A stretch of DNA of 64,000 nt, taken from contig JYFJ02001435.1 in assembly GCA_000934665.2 (NCBI GenBank), positions 1 to 64,000 on the forward strand, read 5' to 3'. Every line of letters starts with the position of its first letter. The stretch's first letter is position 1. The translations under genes were made by a program, and so were the position numbers. The stretch is from Catajapyx aquilonaris. Taxonomy: Eukaryota. Positions 57,516-64,000 of this stretch are shown piece after piece. Below the pieces are notes generated by a model. The model was not told where the DNA came from. It saw only the letters and a program-made list of their open reading frames with translations, and ran no database searches.

Positions 57516-60500
57516 ATGAGTCGACCAACGTGGACCTTCCTATTGCTCCTCACCTTGTGGCAGGTATAAAGCTTCCGCTAGATCAGGTCTTGTAGGCCAG
57601 CGGGCGTGAGAAGAAAATTACAGAATCCGGAGGAATTTCGATGGGGGGGGATTCCGTGATGGGAGGTGACCACCTCTATACGCCACAGTGGTTTTCCTTT
57701 CCGCTTGCGCAGCAGAAGATTGTCTTTCCATGACTTCATTACTGGACTTTATCCCTTTGCACTATCCTCTGATGAATAATGGTAGACACCGCCCTTTTAC
57801 CCTTCCAAATCGCTCCTTTGGAAACCATGTTGGATACTGAGAAGAAAAAAAAGGTTTCCCAGAAATTTTTCAGAACCGTTGCAAAGTTGACGGGCGTTTG
57901 GAGCAATTTTCCTCAATCACGTTGTTAGCGTACAATATACTGTGCAAAAGTGGAGGATCGGGAGAGGAATTCCTCAGTGGTGCGCGCTTCTTTCCTACCG
58001 TTCAATTATGGGCCTTTTCACCTGTCAACCAGAAATCTTAATGAATGGAGATGACGTCAGGTGTGGTGCACCTGCAAAACTAATGAGTTCGCCTTGTTGC
58101 ATGAGTTTGTGGCCGCTCTCAGAAGGCGGAGTTCGCTCCATAAAACACATGGATGAGAACACAAAAAGTACCTCCAATTGTTAGGTAGTAGAGAAGGAAA
58201 ATGACAGATGTGGTTAACGGAGGTTGTTTTGTGGAGCAAGCCGACACGATAAGAACGAACAATATTTTTTGAACAGATCTGTACTACAAACGAACATTGC
58301 TGCCCATTTTGGACATGTCTGCTCTGATTTCCTCAAAGAATTTGTACCGTCTGATACAATTCAAAATGATGAGCTGGAGGCCTGAGCGACGCCTCCTTTC
58401 CCGCCGACACTCATAATTCTGCCAGACCTGTCATGTTTCCCCATCATCAATTATTGCGGCCTGCTGAATTAAATAACAGGTGCAGGTCCCGCAGGTACTG
58501 GGCCTTCAGACGCAGTTTATTTTCAATGGACGCGGGCCCATGCAATTATCGCCGATGCATTAAATGCCAAATAAGCAGCCCCCACACTTAATTGATGACG
58601 GAGCTTCTCCTATATTCATGGTGTTTCAGGTGGCCAGAGCAACTTTCACGGCCGATGCTTGGCTTCAGCAGAGGCCAGCGGCGATGCCCAAGATCAACAA
58701 CCTGGAGGTGATGTGTGAGAGCGACCATATGCAGGTGCAGCTCACCTTTGACCTCCCATTCCATGGTCTTGTCTCCTCTAAGGTATGTGAACAATATGGT
58801 CAATAGGGATTCAGGTTGAAAGTACTGGCGAGTTCTTGGGCGAGTTGGGGTTGTTAATTTTCAATTCAGCTGTGTCCAATTTATATGCAAGCTTGCATAC
58901 GTGACATGGTGATTTTCAAGCACAATGCTGGTCGTGATGGCCGCAGCTAATGAACTTCTCGAATTTCCACCTGAAACCGAGTGAATGTTTCCTTAAGCAC
59001 GAATGGGACAACTTCTCACGACCTACCTCCCCCACACTCTGTTGTTTAGGGTCAATCCATCAATCCGGAATGTGTGTACGTGTCCCCGAGGTCAGGGTTC
59101 ACCCATTTCACCTTCCACATCTACTACAACAAGTGCGGGACCAAGCCAGATCTGCATGGCAAGTTCTACGAGAATACCATCGTGGTTCAGTACGACGAGG
59201 ACCTGATCGAGGTTTGGGACGAGGCCAAGAGGTTACGATGCGAGTGGTTCAACGACTACGAGAAGACCGCCACCAAGACTTCGCCGGTAGTTATCGCGGA
59301 CCTTGATGTGGTCGAACTTGATTTCAGAGGTAAGCCATGTTGCGGTGACCAAATTAATTATGGGTGCCAACACTATCGGTGCAACATGCGCAGGTGCCAC
59401 GTTCTCTCGAAGTACATTGAACTAATTGGCAATTCACAGGTGACAACGTGGACTGCTGGATGGAAATTCAACATGGTAAAGGGCCTTGGGCTCCTCCAGT
59501 GTCTGGCATTGTCCCCCTTGGCTCAACCCTCACTATGGTCATAGCTGTCAATGACCACACAGGTGAGGTCCTGCACAGAAGTCAGCAACACCAGAAAAAT
59601 CACGATAACTAATCAATCCCAATTCGCAGGTGAGTTTGACATGCGAGTAAAGTCCTGTGAAGCTTCCGATGGATACAACCGTCAGCTGCACCTGTCTGAT
59701 GAGAATGGATGTGTTGTCAGGCCAAAAATGGTGTCCCGCTTCCTCAAGGTAATGCAAGAGTCCGTCTGTAAAATAGGCCATCTCTTTACAACTCATTCTT
59801 TCCTACTCAGCTGAAGATGAATGACGGTAGAGCCACGGTGCTGACCTATGCTTTCTTCACTGCCTTCAAGTTTCCTGATGCCCTCAGCGTGCACCTTAGG
59901 TGCCGTGTTGAGATTTGTCGGCATGGATGCCTTGAACATTGTCCGCAGGTAAATCAACGTAACTCGTCACAGTTGTTCACTTACGTGTTTCATTGAAGGT
60001 TGGATCGTCATTATACGTGTCTCTTCTTCCAGCTCCACTCTGACCTGGGTTCGTACGGGGTGCCACATGATTCCCAGGCGTACGGCAGCCACCCCATCCC
60101 AGCCATTGCCTTGCCTCCGGTGAACCCAAACACCCTCCGTCGTACAGATGACGACGACAATTCCGAGCCTGCTGCACAGTCCTCCGTCCCTGCTGACTCC
60201 AACGAGCCGTCCCCATCCCACGAGGAACCAGCACCTCCAACACACCCTCCACCAGTGGAGTACCACCAACCTCCATTCCACATCCCCTCCTTGCCCCTGT
60301 TCAGCCAAGGTGGTGGTCCACCTCCAATCCCCCAGCTCCCACCTCGACGTCGTCGTCCTCCTCCCCCACACCGTCGATTCCCTCAGCTGATTCTACCTCA
60401 CCGTCGACCCCGTCCTCCACCACCTCGCCTGGAGAAGACTTCTCTGGCGCACCTGGTTGGCTTCCCATTCCCGCACCAGTCGGGCATTCCTCCACAGGAG

Positions 60501-61492
60501 AGACACTCTGGTCCGCCCCCATTTGTGCCTGGAATCGATGGGAAACCCATGCTGCTGATGGCTGCTCCAGCGGACCAGGTCGAAGGGCATCCAGAGTCGC
60601 TCCCGGTTCCGGTCCAAGAGAACAGTCCTTCAGAGTCCCACTCACCACTGGTCCCTCCGGTGGTGCCTGTTCATCGGACAGAGCCTAATGAGCAGCCTCT
60701 TGTGCTCCCTCAGAGCGAGGTGCGGCCTCCACCTCACTTGCCCACGGGAGGAAGGTCCTCCCTCAGGGGACCAGCTCCCAGGGGAGTGCACAGAAGTGAC
60801 GACAACAATGGAGGAGAAGAAGATGGAACTACCGAGACGTTCCCGTACGGACCACGCAGCCTGGAAGGGCAGGACGACTTCATTGGGTATGTTCAATGGA
60901 ACGTTTTGCACATTGCCGGCAATGACAAGGGAGACGGCAATTGTGTACCTTGGTATACTGTATACATGGGCAGATGGTCTTCTGAGGCTGTGACCAAACC
61001 ATCCTGATGACCCACATTTCACAGGCACAGTAAACCACGACGCAAGCGACTAGCTGTGCACAGCCGTTCCACGCGTAGTGCAGATGTTGGGGTTGGCAGT
61101 GTCTTCCATGTTGTGGCAGAAGTGGACCTGGCCTTCCTTCCTAACACCACGGCTGATGAAATCACAATATTTAAGGTCAGTTTACAGTTTTAGGAATCCA
61201 TTGTGGTGGTACTTGAGCTTACTGCAATTCTGTGTCTATTGTCCAGGGTCGCCTAAGAGAAGAGGTGGTATATGGAGTGTGCCTTCCGAAGGCTGGATTT
61301 GGGCTTCTCTTTGTGATTCTTGGACTGGCTGCAGCAGTTTCATCCCTAGTGGCCATCTTCCTGGCCTACCAGAGGCAGCTGCAAAGGCGGCGGACACCAC
61401 GCTCACAGGCTGCAGTGTCAGGTTCCCCGCAGTATCCGCTGACAGTGTGTGGAAGGGTTCACTTTTGCAAGAGCAAGAGTAGGAGGCAGTGA
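57516..61492 (+). CDS. m: ZP-domain transmembrane protein Miniature, about 703 aa (718 aa from the upstream in-frame ATG at 57471)
   Basis: Exons 57516-57563, 58630-58782, 59050-59329, 59440-59562, 59630-59748, 59811-59948, 60033-60886, 61025-61175, 61247-61492, all GT-AG and in phase. Motifs LEVMC..DHM, CGTKPDLHGKFYENTIVVQYD, EVWDEAKRLRCEWFNDYEKTA, DNVDCWMEIQHGKGPWAPPVSGIVPLGSTLT, AFKFPDALSVH..C.VEICRHGCLEHC, basic RRKR/RSTR sites and a TM helix match recalled Drosophila Miniature. Confidence 0.88.
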
Positions 61493-62085
61493 GACAATAA
61501 CCAAAAGATATAACGACATGACTGTTCCAATGAGTGCAGTGTTGACAAAATGCGGTACCACAACCAGTTATACCTCTACGTGGCATTTCGTGACTGCGAC
61601 AATCCTTTTGCCTACATTTTTCCCCCAGAGACATGAACTGCATTTATTTTACCTTTATTTGTGGTGGTTGGATTACTGGAGGCAAGTCTTCTATATTTTT
61701 TCACCTTAAAATTATCTGCAGACATTCTAGTGTACATAGTTTTCTAAACAAAAAAAAAAAAGACAGAAGGCCTGCATTATTATTCCTGGTGTTCAGTTGC
61801 GACACTTGTATTGCAACATTTATTATATAATTTATTGATGTCACTTTCTGAATATTTGCTCTATTCCACACAAAAGAATATGGGTAGCAAACAGGACTGG
61901 AGTTGCTTTTCCACTCCATGAAAAATTTGCTCAATGTGCGAGAACATTTCTTAGAATAGTCGACTGGTTAACAGCATTGAAGAAACAGGTGCTCAAAAAA
62001 AGATGTCCTCAGCACCAGTTCCATGGTGCTATTGTAGTTTGCAATTCTACATGTTACTTATTGTCACTCATATGTAGATCTTAAG

Positions 62086-62186
62086 AATAAATCATGTTAG
62101 CATGAGTTTCAACAAATTTATTCATAAATAGAAAGTACAAGTACAGTTCATTATGCAACAAGCACGTAACACACTCCAACAATAAA
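62086..62186. terminator. Convergent polyadenylation signals (miniature on +, an unseen gene on -)
   Basis: AATAAA on + at 62086 and 62181; AATAAA on - (TTTATT) at 62117-62122, with another at 63097-63102. Confidence 0.4.
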
Positions 62187-64000
62187 TTGCACCCAAGAAT
62201 GTCCACTTTCACTATTGTTGGAGAATTTCACGGCAAAGAGACTTTCAGAAGCAGACAAAAGTGAGCAAAATCACACGTTTCTTCTCAGGACTCCTGATGA
62301 TGGTGAGAGAGAGGAAATTTTCTCATTTTTTTTGCTGTCTTTCTTCCACAAGAACATGATTTTACATCACCAGTGCTCAGCACCAAGAACAACACTTCTT
62401 GGGCTGGATGATTTCTCCACATGGACCAAAAAATGGTGGTGTGATCACACTGATCCGTCCAACTTCGTATAAAAATGTACCATAAACATACAGTAGCTTG
62501 ACTACAAGAAACATCGCCATAACCAGCTACCTCATTATTGATCTCTGCATAGCATAATCCTGTCTTATAATACTAAAGTGTCACTATATTAGTCGTAGAA
62601 AAGAACCTGTGTTATTAAGACGCTGATCTTTGGGCCTCATTCAAATATGGCAACCCCACCTGGTACATAAACAAGTGCGTGCACTGCTGCTCTGGATTGA
62701 ACTGGATTTTGAAATTTATTGTTGGCACTATTCAAACGACATACAAAAATGCAAAACATTTTACTTTGTGCATACTTTTATACGCATGCAGGTGAGGCCA
62801 CATCTACTTGTTCTCTCATATGCGCCGAGAGCATTTTCACCTCGGGTGAAAACTGCACTACAGGTGCTTTCAACAATCCCATTGCACTAAGATCATTTTC
62901 AAGTTGGGCAAATAACAGGAATTCAGTTCAAAGATGGAGGCTCATATCTTATGCAAAAGTCATTTGAAACTTGTATATACACTCATAATTGTCACTTCAG
63001 ATGCACCTTGAACAATGGGGTAAAAAAAAAAACCAACTGAAAGAGTGTAAACTTCATACAAAATTGACAACCCTACACCAGTGCCCCCATTTTTCTTTTA
63101 TTCAAGTGCTACTGGACTCGAGACCTATTCTGTTCCAGCAGCAACACTGGACAGTGCTGCTTTGAAAATTGAATTGTGACTCATTTTCAGCTTTTTCAAA
63201 ATGGGAAAAGCATTTCAGTTGGAAGCATTTCTGCAAGAAAAAAAAAAAAAACCCCTCATAACCTTTTTTCAATCTGGGAGGGAGAAGTACACGCCAGTAA
63301 AATCCATAAATCTTAATCAAACTTGGACAGGAAAGGGAGCCAAAACCTGTATAATCTTAATCAAACTAGGAGGCATGGGGAGTGAATGCTACTTGTTACT
63401 CTACTTTGATGAAATTGTGTTAATTTTGGACACACAATTACGCCTACAGGGTGACCCATCATGGTCCACTCAAAAGTGGGCTCAACTAACTACCCAAAAC
63501 TCTGCGAGGGGGAAAGGACATAAAAGACAATGTAACTCCACCTGTACATAAACCTGAGTATCACTGCATCAACAGACCTCATTGTTGGGAGTTGCGACTG
63601 TCCACTAGTAAGTGTCTTGTAGTACCATCAAAGAACTGACTGAGGAGCAGGACACAAATTTGCTGTCCACTTTCACTCAGGCATGCAGACATGTCTCCTG
63701 CTAAGTAAACCATTGTCTGCATATGTATGAATGTTCTCAACCATTTCCAGGAGGATACATGTAAGGTCCTGCCCCACACAGGACAATGTCCTAACATGCA
63801 GGGGGAACCTTTTTTTTTTTTTTCCAATCTTATATGCAGGTCCCAACTGCATCATTGACAGATCCTTTTTTTGCTTTACTACATTTTTGTTTAATGATAC
63901 TTTCAAAATCATCTTTGTCAACCCCAAACCAAAATACCAAAAAAAAAAGGGGGGAAACATACAGAGAAAGTGACGCCCTCAAGCAAATACAATGGTCAGA

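Noticed and set aside
59967..61028. Several overlapping antisense and alternative-frame ORFs over the miniature Pro-rich exon
   Set aside because: Explained by low stop-codon density in GC-rich coding sequence.

Overview
This is eukaryotic, intron-containing genomic DNA, most likely from an arthropod (pancrustacean-type genes, short 54-110 bp introns); the ORF track is mostly noise and real genes must be assembled from exons. Five protein-coding genes can be spliced by hand with GT-AG, phase-consistent junctions: (1) MOSPD1-like (- strand, 2854-5467), head-to-head with (2) phosducin-like 3/viaf (+, 6621-8003) around a DRE-containing promoter; (3) a secreted ApoD-like lipocalin (+, 11797-14199); and a tandem pair of ZP-domain cuticle/apical-matrix genes, (4) dusky-like (+, 22687-33580, with a (GGGH)10 and YGPP-rich N-terminus) and (5) miniature (+, 57516-61492). 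Non-coding DNA holds a Helitron 3' end, several fold-back MITEs, a 62-bp retro-insertion with a 16-bp TSD, a tRNA-like relic and many TA-flanked motifs resembling transposon excision footprints. I found no prokaryotic system or CRISPR array and no demonstrably new biological system. The best leads are the linked dusky-miniature pair, the unusual low-complexity modules of these ZP proteins, an open reading frame continuing past the dusky stop, and an unexplained coding-like island at about 16.5-19.4 kb. Family assignments come from recalled motifs, not database searches.
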